In this document: one piece after another, positions 23,170 through 38,089 of the stretch
Layout: the number at the start of each line of letters is the position of its first letter
How positions within the stretch are numbered: position 1 is the stretch's first letter
Position numbers and translations under genes: made by a program
DNA from: Eledone cirrhosa
Lineage: Eukaryota
Assembly (NCBI GenBank): GCA_964016885.1
Contig: OZ024763.1
Span: 930,001 to 994,000 of the forward strand
Reading direction: 5' to 3'
Length of the DNA stretch: 64,000 bases
The notes under the pieces: model-generated
Told to the model about the DNA's origin: nothing
Databases searched by the model: none
What the model saw: only the letters and a program-made list of their open reading frames with translations

Positions 23170-23684
23170 CAATATGTTGAAAAGGTAACACACTAGAGAG
23201 AGATAGTGTGCCATCAATAGGCACACTATCTCTCTCTAGTGTGTTACCTTTTCAACATATTGTATTTTAAAGAGCTCAGGATTCCTTTTCCTTTGAGCCC
23301 ATTATTGACAGGGAATAACGAGTCTATGGCTCCGTTAATTTATCGTGATACATATATATATATTCCGATGATTTGATCAGACACACACACTGAATTTAAG
23401 GTCAAGTGACGCAATTTTGAGTGGTTAGCGGCCTTTAGACTCACCTGATCAATGAAACAATTGTTAATACTGTAAATAAAACCCTTTTTGTACAGCCGAC
23501 CATGTTATCCTTCATTATTTCACTATATATATATATATATATATAAAGGTTAACATATACATAAAGTTATAGATATATACATGTTGCAACTGGTCACTTT
23601 TAAGCTCTATTAAGAATTAATAAATTAAAAAATCAGAGCAATATATCATAAATCATGTCTTTAGAATCATCAGATAATAAAATA

Positions 23685-23751
<67 letters not shown>

Positions 23752-25687
23752 TACATGTGGAGGCACGTGGCCTAGTGCTAAGGGTGTTGGAATTACAATC
23801 ATTATGTCGTGGGTTCGATTCCTGGGTTGTGTGTTGTGTTCTTGAGTAAAACACTTCAAGTTGCTCCAGTATACTCATCTGAAAATGAGTTCCAGCAATT
23901 GCTAGGAGTTTAACCTTGCGATGAACTGGCGTCCTGTCCAGGCGGGAGTCTTGTACTCTCAGTCACTTCATGCCATGAAACCGGGATAAGCACCGGCCAA
24001 ATGAGCCTTCTGGCTTGAGATAGATTTTATATATATATAGGCGGTGAATTGGTAAAGTCGTTAGAATGCTTTATGGCATTCGTTCTAGCTCTCCAAGGTC
24101 AAATCTTGCTGAGGTTAACTTTGCTTTTCGTCATTAGGAGGTCCATAAAAAAAAGTACCAGTCTGGTACTGGGGTTGATTCTTCCTCTAGATTAGCCAGA
24201 ATGTGGGGAGAGAGGGGGGTGGGAAAGACCTAACAAGCTTTATTCTCACCATGGGAGTCTTTTACATCGAAGCAATGCCTTACAGCTTGATACACTTTCC
24301 AGGTATCAACTCTTTCAAAAAGGTCACTTCATATGAGTTTGGAAACATTTTTTCATGCTCAGAGTTACTGAAGCATGGAACAAACTACCTGCATGAGTTG
24401 TTAGCTGTCAGGATCCTGCATCCTTTAAAACCTCCATAGAACAACTACCTGCATCAGTTGTTAGCTGTCGGGATCCTCAATCCTTTAAAACCTCCATAGA
24501 ACAACTACCTGCATCAGTTGTTAGCTGTCGAGACACTGCATCCTTTAAAACCTCCATAGAACAACTACCTGCATCAGTTGTTAGCTGTCGAGACACTGCA
24601 TCCTTTAAAACCTCCATAGAACAACTACCTGCATCAGTTGTTAGCTGTCGAGACACTGCATCCTTTAAAACCTCCATAGAACAACTACCTGCATCAGTTG
24701 TTAGCTGTCGAGACACTGCATCCTTTAAAACCTCCATAGAACAAACTACCTGCATCAGTTGTTAGCTGTCGAGACACTGCATCCTTTAAAACCTCCATAG
24801 AACAACTACCTGCATCAGTTGTTAGCTGTCGAGACACTGCATCCTTTAAAACCTCCATAGAACAACTACCTGCATCAGTTGTTAGCTGTCGAGACACTGC
24901 ATCCTTTAAAATCTCCATGGAACAAACTACCTGCATCAGTTGTTAACTGTCGAGACACTGCATCCTTTAAAACCTCCATAGAACTACCTGCATGAGTTGT
25001 TAGCTGTCGAGACACTGCATCCTTTAAAACCTCCATGGAACAAACTACCTGCATCAGTTGTTAGCTGTCGAGACACTGCATCCTTTAAAACCTCCATGCT
25101 TCCAGAGATTCATACATTATGTCTGTGTGTATATCATGACTCATACACTGTTCACTTTCCTGACATTTGTACATTATTCTATGTACTACACATGCACCTT
25201 TGATGAGCTGTAGTGCACCTGAGCACTGCACACAATAATTTTATTATCATATCATAATAAAACCACATTTGTTGCTACATACCTGGAAATCTTGCATTGA
25301 TTGATATAGTCGGCCCAAGTTACCATAGTGCTTGGCAGTCTGTACGTTGCTTTCTCCGAAAGCATTGATGGCCAAATTGAGGGACTGGACATGTAACTCC
25401 TTTGCTTCAGTCAGTAACGGTTCTCGAACACTTTTATCGTCATTGTCAATGGCTATTTCTTCAAGAATCAAAGCTGGATAAGATGAAAACAAACACATAA
25501 AGCATTTTTTAAATGTTCAGAAGAGAAAACTGCGTTGGTATGGACATATGATGCGCATGGAAGATGACCACAGGGTGAAGAAGTGCCAAGAAATCCCAGT
25601 AGATGAAGACCACGAAAATCATGGGTGGAGGTGGTGAGAGCAGACCTCAGATCGCTGAAGCTCACAATACCCAATGAAATGTGTGTT

Positions 25688-25731
<44 letters not shown>

Positions 25732-25753
25732 ATATCACATAAAACCCAATGAA

Positions 25754-25795
<42 letters not shown>

Positions 25796-28700
25796 CACAC
25801 ATAAAACCCAATGAAATGTATGTGTATATATATATATATATATATAGATGGTATGGACATGTGATGCGCATGGAGGATGACCATTGGGTAAAGGAGTACC
25901 AAGAAATCCCAGTAGAAGGAAGACACAGTAGAGGAACACCACAAAAAACATGGGCGGAGGTGGTGAGAGCAGACCTCAGATCACTGAAGTTCACGGTGGA
26001 GACGACGAAGGACTGTGACAAGTGGAGAGATGCTGTGTTGAATAGGACCTGTCCCACCCTTGCAAGCTGGGAAAAGCAAACGTAAAATGATGATGATGAA
26101 GTAAAATATATAGTTGAGAGCATTTGACTTGTATTTATATTCTTTTACTGGTTTCAGTCATTAGACTGTGGTCATTTATATTATAAAGAGTTGGGACCCA
26201 GACGGCTGAGCTCTTGCCACTTCAACTACCAATCTAGCTTTATAATATAACCATACTCTACTACCTCAAGAATCAAGTACTCTGTTGAGTAATGGTCTAA
26301 CCAGTTTCAATTTCAAACTGAATCCATCCTGATATATATATAGGAGGAGATGAAGAAGGACCGTGGCAAGCAGGGAATAGCGGACGTAAAATGATGATGA
26401 TGATGATGATGATCAATCCCGCATCAAGTGGAACAAAACCGTCTAACCCATGCTAGCGTGGAAGATGGACGTGTGATGATGATAAGTGAGGACTGTCAGT
26501 TATGGTATTACTGGTTGCTCCGGTCACCTGACTGTGGTCAATGATGTATTGTTAAAACAGAAAAATCACCTTTAACTCTCTTTGAAGAAGACAGGAGAAG
26601 ATGGTCACTGGGTAATATCTTCAGTAGGATCTCAATGGCTTTCTCAGCATGACGTCTAGAAAAGAGAGCATTATATATTTATATATCTAAATTTTGAAGA
26701 CCAAAACAATGAATATGAAGAACATTAAATTGCTAAGATAACAAAAGAATCTTACCTTAGCAAATTAAACTATCCCAAATATTTTCGGGTTTAAAAACAC
26801 ATTATCAAGGGAGTAACCCTGTAAGAGACTTAAAAATTGATCGGATAGACTTGCTTGTATGGGAGCAGATTTAAGTTAAATCTGCTCCCATAGGTCACAA
26901 CAAAAAACACCCAGTCCACACTGTAAAGTGGTCATGTAGGTGTCATGACAAAAAGCACCCAGTCCACACTGTAAAGTGGTCATGTAGGTGTCATGATAAA
27001 AAGCACCCAGTCCACACTGTAAAGTGGTCATGTAGGTGTCACGGCAAAAAGCACCCAGTCCACACTGTAAAGTGGTCATGTAGGTGTCATGACAAAAAGC
27101 ACCTAGTCCACGCTGTAAAGTGGTTGTGTAGGTGTCACGACAAAAGGCACCCAGTCCACGCTGTAAATTGGTCATCTAGGTGAGATGTCACAACAAAAAG
27201 CACCTAGTACTCACTGTAAATTAGATTGGCGTTAGGGAGGGCATCCAGCTGTAAAAACCAAGCCAAAATCAGTTCTGTATTAGCAAGACATGGTCACCTG
27301 ACCTAGCATTGCCCACAACAGGACAACAGGTCTAACCCATGCTAACGTGGAAAACTGGACGTAAAACAGTGATGGTGTTGATGATATAAAAAAAAGACTT
27401 ACTGAGCATCTTGAAAGTTCCCAGAGCTATATTCATGGACATATGAAGCATACGCTAAATCTTCGTGTGCTACGGCTACATGAAAATTGTTACCACCAAA
27501 TACAGACAAACGGATATCTAGCGCCATCTGGTGAAGAAATGGGAAGAGAAAAACTTATTAAATCTTTCTTGGACACAGTAGAAAACTGAATCACTATAGA
27601 TTTATTATTATTTTCAGAGTTAATTGAAAATCCTTAGAAATATAGCAATGAAAGGGTTAACTTGTGTTCCAAACACCAACTTAATAAACAGCGACTTTCA
27701 TTAGATATATGGTAATGAAAGGGTTAAAATGTTTATATTTATCTAACAACCTTCCATAATAATATTATATAAGAACCTTTGTTAAGTTATGTTCCAAACA
27801 CCAACTTAATAAACAGCGACTTTCATTATAAATATGGTAATGAAAGGGTTAAAGTGTTTATATTTATCTAACCTTCCATAATATTATATAAGAATCTTTG
27901 TTAAGTTATGTTCCAAACACCAACTTAATAAACAGCGACTTTCATTATAATGAAAGGGTTAAAGTGTTTATATTTATCTAACCTTCCATAATATTATATA
28001 AGAATCTTTGTTAAGTTATGTTCCAAACACTAGCTTAATAATGAGAAAGTTAGTTATATTAGCAAATCCTTCCAATTTCTTGATGACTTTCAAAATTATT
28101 TGAGAATCATATGCAATAATGCTTTCCATAAGAAATATAGCAATGAAAGGTAAAGTTATGTTCCAGACATCAATTTAATAATTGTTTCTACATTAGGCAC
28201 AAGGCCAGCAATTACCCAGTGCATTACTGGTACTTTATTTTAATAATGAATTATATATAACTGTGTACAGCCTCAAATGCACTACAACTCATCAAAGGTG
28301 CATGTATAGTACATAGAATAATGTACAAATGTCAGGAAAGTGAACAGTGTATGAGTCATGATATACACACAGACACACGTGTGCGTGTGTATGGAGAAGA
28401 GATATCGAGTATAGTGATGTACTGGATTATTTTTTTAACGATTTCAAAATCACAGACAGTGTGTTACATTCAACAAAAATAGGGTAAGAAAAGGAAAAGG
28501 GTTAACTTCTTTCTCTGTTGTAGGAGAGACTGGAAATTAATAGACATAAGAAGAACATGGACAATACCTGATAAACCTTCACAGAAGCTGCTACAGAATC
28601 AACATTTAATAAATAAAAACCATAATCTTGTAATGTGTCAGCATATTTGGGATGGCGGCGACCAAAATGTTCACTGGAAAGAGAAAAATGGAAAAATGGA

Positions 28701-31700
28701 AAAATGGAAAAATGGAAAAATGGAAAATGGAAAAATGGAAAATCCTGCATATTTATAGGCAGCGAATTGGCAGAGTCGTTAAAACGTCGGATAGAATGCT
28801 TTATGGTATTTATTCCAGCTCTCTGATCTCTGAGTTCAAATCCCACTGAGGTCAACTTTGCCTTTCATCCTTTCAAGGTCGATAAAAAAAGTACCAATCT
28901 AGTACTGGGGTTGATTCTTCCTCTATATCTCTTTCTCATTTCCTCTCCATATATATATAGATATATATATATAACTAAAATACCAGTCTAATACTGGGGT
29001 AGATTCCTCCTCTATATCTCTTTCTCATTTCCTCTCTCCATATATATAATATATATATAGTACCAGTCTAATACTTGTTTCGGCCCAGGATGTTGGTCCC
29101 ACAACATCCAGGCCGAAACAAATGAGATCGTGTAGGTGTCACGACAAAAAAACACACAGTCCACGCTGTAAATGTGGCCGTGTAGGCAACACGGTAAAAA
29201 CCTCCCAGCCCCACACTGTAAATGTAGTTGGTGTTAGGAAGGGCATCCAGCTGTAGAAAACCCGCCAGACAGTCCACGCTGTAATGTGGCCCGTGTAGGC
29301 AACACGGTAAAAACCTCCCAGCCCCACACTGTAAATGTGGTTGGTGTTAGGAAGGGCATCCAGCTGTAGAAAACCCGCCAGACAGTCCACGCTGTAATGT
29401 GGCCGTGTAGGCAACACGGTAAAAACCTCCCAGCCCCACACTGTAAATGTGGTTGGTGTTAGGAAGGGCACCCAGCTGTAGAAAACCCGCCAGACAGTCC
29501 ACGCTGTAATGTGGCCGTGTAGGCAACACGGTAAAAACCTCCCAGACCCACACTGTAAATGTGGTTGGTGTTAGGAATGGCATCCAACTGTAGAAAACCC
29601 GCCAGATAGTCCTATGCGAGCAAGACAACCACTCTTGCCTCAAGTGGGAAAACCCCCGTCCAAACCCATGCAAGCGTGGAACACGGACGCTAAACCTGAT
29701 GATGATGATGATATATATATATATAGTACCAGTCTAATACTGGGGTAGATTCTTCCTCTATATCTCTTTCTCACTTCCTCTCCTTCTCTGTAAGAAATCT
29801 GCTGTACTCAGGCCTGGAGAAGGATGGGCTATATTTACCTAGCATATTGAACTGCACTTTTAATTAGTTGTCCAGCTTTCCGGAATTCTCTTTTCACTAC
29901 ACAAGCCTGAAAAGAAAGAAAGAAGCCGTTTAAGTATGGAGAACATTTCTTTAGACAGACAGTCATCTCACAAATGGCAGAATGATGAAACCTAACACTC
30001 TAACCACAAAGCTACCTACGCACTTTCACACAAAACCAAAACCTGAGTGAAGGTTGTAAATATATGTGGTAGAAAGAAAAAAAAATCCTCAAATGTGTGG
30101 GCCGTGGAGGTAGGGTTATGGTGCCACAACAAAAAGTGCCCAGTCCACTCTGTAAATTGGGCTGAGCCAGAGACAATAAAATGCTCCCATTACACAGTAA
30201 CATGGTTGGTGTTAAGAAGGGCATCATCCAACAGTAAAAACCAACCCCAAAATGAAGCATACGAGTAACACATTATCACCTGACCCATGGAAATAAATGT
30301 TAACCCTTTATCACAGGGGTCCCCAACCCCCGGCCCACGAAGGCCTTTATCCTGCCCGCGAGGGTTCTAAAAAGGGTACAGTTTGCAATAAATTCACACC
30401 CGATTTATCGATATTGCCGAATAAAACAATGTTTAATTGTATTTTTCTGCTTGGGACAGCTCTAAATATCAACATTGAATTTTGTTTCAAATCTAACATA
30501 AGGGATAAATAAATGATTACTTATTTGTATATAAGTAGTATTAATTGTGCATCCGGCCCACGGACCCAAAAGGTTGGGGAGCCCTGCTTTACCATTTACA
30601 TTACTCTATATATACTATTGTATTTTCATGGTAAAGTCTTTACCTCACATAATATTTCACATAATATCAAATCTATAAGATTTTGATATTTATTTTGAGA
30701 ACAATACCTTAACATCACTATGAGTGGCCAGTTACAGCCGTTTGAACAGAAAGAGGTGAGAGAATTCTGGCCAAATATGGCCGGTTTAAATGGTGGTGAT
30801 TATTATTAAAAAACTAATCAGAGTATTTACCTTGGCACATTGACGAAGAACATCAATTATTGTCTGGAAATAGAAAGAAAAATATAAATATTTATAGATA
30901 TGAAAAAAATATTTTTTTTCGTAGTTTTATATTTATTTTCTTTGCAAGAAACAAAAAATTGGAAAAAGACAAAAATACCAAATTAGAATTTCGTTTTTTT
31001 TGCTCTAACATAGTGGATATGTAAATGTATTTGTGAGTTTTATATCAAATAATAATAATAATATTTGATGTATTTGCAAGCAAACAGCCTCATTACATTA
31101 TATTTTATAGACAACCATCATCATCCTTTTGTTCTAGCAGTGACAGAGAGAGAAACAATCTGTCAAAATGGGCTGTAGATTCTTCTAGAAGAGTAATGAA
31201 GTGAAGAATGGAGAGAGAGAGAGAGAGAGAGAGGGGGCGTGTAGGGACTGTAGATTATTCTAGAACTGTAGTGAAGTGAAGAGAGAGAGAGGGTGTGCAG
31301 GGACTGTAAATTATTCTACAACAGCAGTGAAGTGAAGAATGAGAGAGGGTGCAGGGAAATAAAAGATATATTACTTACCCTCGGTGATAAGATCGGCGTG
31401 AGTTGTTGAACAGCTAAATTGCAATATTTATATGCCTGTTACGGAGAGAAAAACAATGTTAGTAACTGGGACAAGTTGATAATAATCATGGTATTCAGTC
31501 ACGACTCCATTCCAGTCAATCTCTTTTCTAACTTACATCAGAAAAATTAATAAAAAATTAAAGGTCACACCTATATGAAGGTTTAGCTGTCCTCATAGGT
31601 GTTTATAGTGTGTGTGGTGTCTAGTGTGTGTTGAGACTAAAGATGTGTGTATGTGTGTGAGACAAGAGGTGTATATGACAAGATCTGTGTGTGTGTCTGT

Positions 31701-33825
31701 GAGACAAGAGGTGTGTGTGTGATACAAGAGGTGTTTGTGTGTCTGTGAGACAAGATGTGTGTGTCTGTGAGACAAGAGGTGTGTGTCTGATACAAGAGGT
31801 GTGTGTGTCTGTGATACAAGAGGTGTGTGTCTGTGATACAAGAGGTGTTTGTGTGTCTGTGATACAAGAGGTGTTTGTGTGTCTGTGAGACAAGAGGTGT
31901 GTGTGTGTCTATGAGACAAGAGGTGTGTGTGTGAGACAAGAGGTGTGTATGTATGTATATATGCATGACAATATGTTGTGTGTGTATATGTGTATAAGGG
32001 ATTAAGAATCCATAACAAAAGGTTTAGTCCCCTTACCTGGTCATACTGACTTTCTGCAAAAAATAACCCACAACATTCCCCGTACAACATGGCCTTGTTC
32101 ACTGCTATATTTGCCTGGTTCAATATATTTAATATCTTAAATGTCTCTTTGAAAGTTTCATTAGCTTCTCTATATTTACAACTGGAATTCTGTACATGAA
32201 GTAATCTGACAAAAAATAAAAACAAAAGAATATATTATTGTTGTTTTAACCCTTTACATTATTCTATATATACTATTGTATTTTAGTGGTAAAGTCTTTA
32301 CCTCACATAATATCTCACATACTATTTACATTACTCTATATATATACTATTATATTTTCACAGTAAAGGCTTTATCTCACATAATATTTCACATACCATT
32401 TACATTACTCTATATATACTATTATATTTTCACGATAAAGGCTTTACCTCACATAATATTGAATCTATGAGATTTTGATATTATTTATTTTGAGAACAAT
32501 ACCTTAACATCAGTATGAGTGGCCAATTACAGCCGGTTTGAACAATCTGGCCGGATATGGCCGGTTTAAATGCTAAAGGGTTAAGTTAACCTCGTAGAAA
32601 CAATTATTAAATAGCAATAAATTGGGATTTTTGTCCTTAAGGTCGGGTCACAATTAGTTTCCTTAGGGTTCAAGGACATTTCTTCATATTCTTGCTGTAC
32701 CCAGTAAGGCAGACATTTGGGTCAATGCTACCCCTATGTCTTTCAGCAATGTCATATGAAGTATCTTGCTCAAGAATGCAATGCCCTGTCTGATTCAAGA
32801 ATCAAACTCAACAACCTTATGAACCTCCTGAGTCCCACACCCTCACCACAAAACTACAGTGTATTCACTTTAGTACTCACCTGACGTTACACTCTAACAA
32901 TTTACATAGTCCACTGTAGGTTTTGTCTTGATCACAAAGTAGCCGACATGTGTGGTAGACTTTCTCACTGCTGAAGAACCAGCCTGATTCATTAAAAAAC
33001 CCCGCTGAAATAAAGAGAATAGTTTCTTCAGAAATTTAATCAAACATCGAATTTATTTATTACTTAAGCCTTTATTTATTACTTAAGCATTTAAACTGGC
33101 CAGATACATACATATATATATATAAAGTGTCTTGAGCAAGACACTTTATTTCACATTACTCCAGTTTACTCAGCTGTAGAAATGAGATGATAGGGACTGG
33201 GGTCCCTATCATTCCACTGCAAAGTGGTCATGGAGGTGCCACGGAAAAAAAGCACCCAGCACTCACTGTAAATGAGGTTGGTGTTAGGAAGGGCATCCAG
33301 CCAGAATCAGTTCCCGTCCCACCCTTGCAAGCAGGGAAAAGCAGACGTAAAATGATGATAATGATGAAGATGATGATGATAAAGAGGGTGTGGTAAGATA
33401 CCAGGTGGACCATAACGCATCTGAGTACTCAATACTTAGGGTAGTAGAGTGGTTAATATGAAAAGAGTCAGGACCCCGACGGCTGAGCTCCGGCCATTTC
33501 GACAGCTAGATCCAAACTGTTCAGATCTAGCTGTCGAAACAGCTGGAGCTCAGCCGTCGGGGTCCTGACTCTTTTCATATATATATATATATATATATCA
33601 TCATCAACACCATTTTACGTCCGTTCTTCCACACAAACATGGGTTAGATGGGGGTTGTCCTGTTGTGGGCAGTGTCCGGTCGGCTGACCTTGTCTTGCTC
33701 ATACGGGAACTGATTCTGGCTTGATTTCTACAGCTGGATGCCCTTCCTAACACCAACCTCATTTCCAGTGAGTGCTGGATGCTTGTTTTTCCATGGCGCC
33801 TACACGTCCACTTTACAGTGTGGGC

Positions 33826-33861
<36 letters not shown>

Positions 33862-36800
33862 AACTTGTCGTATAAGAAAATATCATCATCTTACCAAGCG
33901 AGGTGCCAAGCTGTATAGCTTTGTTTCTGTCATTCTCGTTCAGGTGACATGAAAGTTGGTAGCGCTTGCAGAATTCATCAGCAAGGATCTCGTTAACCTG
34001 AGTGCCGTGGTCAATAAGGGCTTGGAAGCAGTGGTGTAGCAGACACCTATATGTACAAAACGAACATAATATAATATGTGAGAGCTTGAATGAACTGAGA
34101 CAAAAAAACTGGGTATTACTATAAAAGAAATCAGATATAGTCTGCAAGAGAGAGGAGGCTGCGATGGTATGGACATGTGATGGGCATGGATGATGATTAC
34201 TGGGTGAAGAAATACCAGAAAATCTCAGTAGAAGGAAGTTGCAATAGAGGAAGACCAAAGAATACCTGGGTGGAGGTGGTGAGGGCTGATCTCAAATCAC
34301 TGAGACTCACAGAAGAGATGACAAAGGAACACAACAAGGGAAGAGATGCAGTGCTTGTAAAGATCCATTGAACCCATGCAAGCATGGAAAAGTGAACAGA
34401 AAAACAATGATGATACCTTGAAATAAACCTTTTTTTTCTTTAGAGGCATGTCTACAAAGAAACAAAGGTTTTAACCCATTCTATACCAAATTAACCCTAG
34501 CTCATGGAACATGAACTGTGGAAAAGATTTCAACCAGAAAAACCCAAGCATGGTCAGTCGTGCAATAAGCTTGACAGAATCTGGCATTCCAGGCTACCAA
34601 AATGCCCCCAAAATAAGAAAACTCTTCCAAGTTACAATACTACCAATTCTTATACTTTACAGTAGTCAAACTTAGATACTTTCCTATCTAACAACTAAAA
34701 CATCTATATAGATCAAATGCATCTTTGCTTTCTTTGGCTCTCAATATAGATCAAATATATCCTTGCTTTGTTTGGCTCAAAACATAGATCAAATACATCC
34801 TTGATTTGTTGGGCTCAAAACATAGATCAAATGCATCCTTGATTTGTTGGGCTCAAAACACAGATCAAATACATCCTTGATTTGTTGGGCTCAAAACATA
34901 GATCAAATACATCCTTGCTTTGTTTGGCTCAAAACAGATCAAATACATCCTTGATTTGTTGGGCTCAAAACATAGATCTAATATATCCTTGTTTTGTTAG
35001 GCTCAAAACACAGATCAAATACACCCTTGCTTTATACTGGACATATTCTATATACACCAGACACATTCTATATATATATATCAAATTTATGCCAGACATC
35101 TTATATACACCAGACACATTCTATATATATATCAAATTTATGCCAGACATCTTATATACACCAAACTTATACAAGACACATTTTATATACTAACTTATTC
35201 AAAACATATACTATATATATCCTATTTATACCAGACATTCTATATACACCAAATATATAACAGACACACTATATATATATAAAACTTATACTAGACATAT
35301 ATACACATAACTTATACCAGACATATACTATATATATAATAATATATGATATATAATAATAAAATGATGATATATGTATATATATCAAACTTATACCAGA
35401 CATTCTATATATACACTAAATTTATAACAGACATATTCTTTCCACAGCAGATTTATACCAGATATATGCCAGATGTGTAACAGACACAGGAGACATACCA
35501 GACAGAGATATATGCCAGAAGTATACCAGACATACAGACATATACCAGAAGTATACCAGACATACAGACATATACCAGATATGTGACATGTGCCAGACTC
35601 ATACAAGAGATATGTGACATGTGACATGCCAGACATACACCAGAGATATGTCACATGTGCCAGACTTGTACTAGAGATGTGTGACGTGTGCCAGACTTAT
35701 ACTAGAGAAATGTGACGTGTGCCAGACTTATACTAGAGAAATGTGACGTGTGCCAGACTTATACTAGAGATATGTGACATGTGCCAGACTTATACTAGAG
35801 ATATGTGACGTGTGCCAGATTAATACCAGATATATACTAGAGATATTTGATATGTGCCAGACCTATACCAGAGATATGTGAGTGACGTACATCAGACACA
35901 TACCAGACTTAAGCCAGGAACTTACCTTTTGTCAAGGACTTTTAATATTTTCGCAAAATTATCTATCTCTGCCAAATCATTTCCAAGTGTGTATAAATTT
36001 CCTTTCATATAAAGCTGTGAAAAAAACAATAAAGAAACTATATTATAATAACTATACAGCATTTAATTGTCTGTCTGTCACAAGGTCACTACACTTTCAC
36101 AAAACAGTCCTAAAGTTTTTATTTAGAATTCATGAAAAACAAGAATAGAAAAGAAAAGGTGAGTGAGTGGGGTAGAGGTGACAATTGTTCTAAAATAATA
36201 ATAATTGTTTCTACTTTTAGCACGAGGCCAAAAATTATCCCAGTGCATTACTGGTACTTTATTTTATCGTCCCTGTAAGGATGAAAGGCAAAGTTAACCT
36301 CGTCGGGATTTGAACTCAGACCGTAAAGGGACCTAACTATGCTACAAAGCATGGCGTCCGACCCTCTACGGATACTGCCAATTCACCGCCCTATAATAAT
36401 TGTTTCTACTTTTGGCACAAGGCCAGCAAATACCCAGTGCATTACTGGTACTTTATTTTATCAACCCCGTAAGGATGAAAGGCAAAGTTAACCTCGGCGG
36501 GATTTGAACTCCTATAATAATAATAATAATTGTTTCTACTTTAGGCACAAGGCCAGCAATTACCCCAGTGTAATAATAATAATAATTGTTTCTACTTATG
36601 TCGGCCCTTGTGGCCAATAAATGAACCAATTATTATTATTATTTCGGTGGTGGATTGCCAGAAGAATCGTTAGATCGTCAAACACCATAGAGTTATGGCT
36701 CTTTACGTTCTGAGTTCAAATCCCATCGAGGGTTAACTTTGCCTTTCATCTTTACGGGGTTGATAAAATAAAGTACCAGTAATACACTGGGGTAATTGCT

Positions 36801-37065
36801 GGCCTTGTGCCAAAAGTAGAAACAATTACTATCATTGTTACTACATATATATATGTGTCCGTGTCCCGTGACTTAGCGGTTCGACACGATCGAATCGATA
36901 AATGTAAGGACCAGACTTTAAACAAAAAAAAACAAAATAAAAGTTCCGGGGTCAACTAAAACAAGGCGGGGCAGGATCATTACCGTACTTTAACGACAGA
37001 AAACAGTACAGGAGTGCCCCAGCATGGCCATGGTCATGACTGAAGTAAAGAATGATTATATATAT

Positions 37066-37140
<75 letters not shown>

Positions 37141-37603
37141 GTGTGTGTGTCTCCAAAATGGACACTCATTTATTAGAATGCTTCTGAAACCAGTGAAAAA
37201 ATTATATATACACGTGAAGGCGCGTGGCGGCTGAGTTGTTAGAGAACTGGATTCGCAATCGTGAGGTTGTGAGTTCGATTCCTGGACCAGGCGATGCGTT
37301 ATGTCCTTGAGCAAGACACTTTATTTCACGTTGCTCCTTCTACCTGGAGTTGTGACCGATAGATAGTATTAACAATTGGAAAGACCCACGGAAACATTGT
37401 TTCCTCGGTCCGATTTGACGAAAGTCGATCGTTCCTTATATATATATAAAGGAACGATCGACTTTCGTGTTTATATATACAGTGTCCCCCAAAAAATTAT
37501 ATACACACTTCAACAGCATTCTATTAAATATGTGTATATATTTTTTGGAACACCCTGTGTGTGTGTGTGTGCGTGTTTGTGTGTGTGTGTGTGAGTGTGT
37601 GTG

Positions 37604-37637
<34 letters not shown>

Positions 37638-38058
37638 GGGTGTTCCAAAAAATATATACACATATTTAATAGAATGCTGTTGAAGTGTGTATATAATTTT
37701 GGGGGGACACTGTATATATAAACACTTTAAAACAGTTTTATTTTACAGAACGAGGGGTGGTTTCAGGCGGGATTATATCATAAGGGTTAAACCCTACCAT
37801 GTTGAAATATATCCAAATATATATATACACACACCATAATACACAGTTTAAGGGGAGGGGGCTACATACTCATAAATATATTTAGACATACGTCTATATA
37901 TATATATATATATACATAAGTATAATGTATATATTCCTGTGTGTATATAGTCAATTTTATACAGCCGCATCCAAATAAGGGTTTGTTGACACAACAAACA
38001 TTACTAGGTATATAAATAAATCTAAAGAGAACTATACAATTACACACACACGTATGTG

Positions 38059-38089
<31 letters not shown>

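Noticed and set aside
37219-37290. tRNA-like sequence with A and B boxes
   Set aside because: No convincing acceptor stem, and it continues into a SINE body; treated as a SINE head.
37781-37797. Telomere-like taagggttaaacccta
   Set aside because: A single short motif, not an array.
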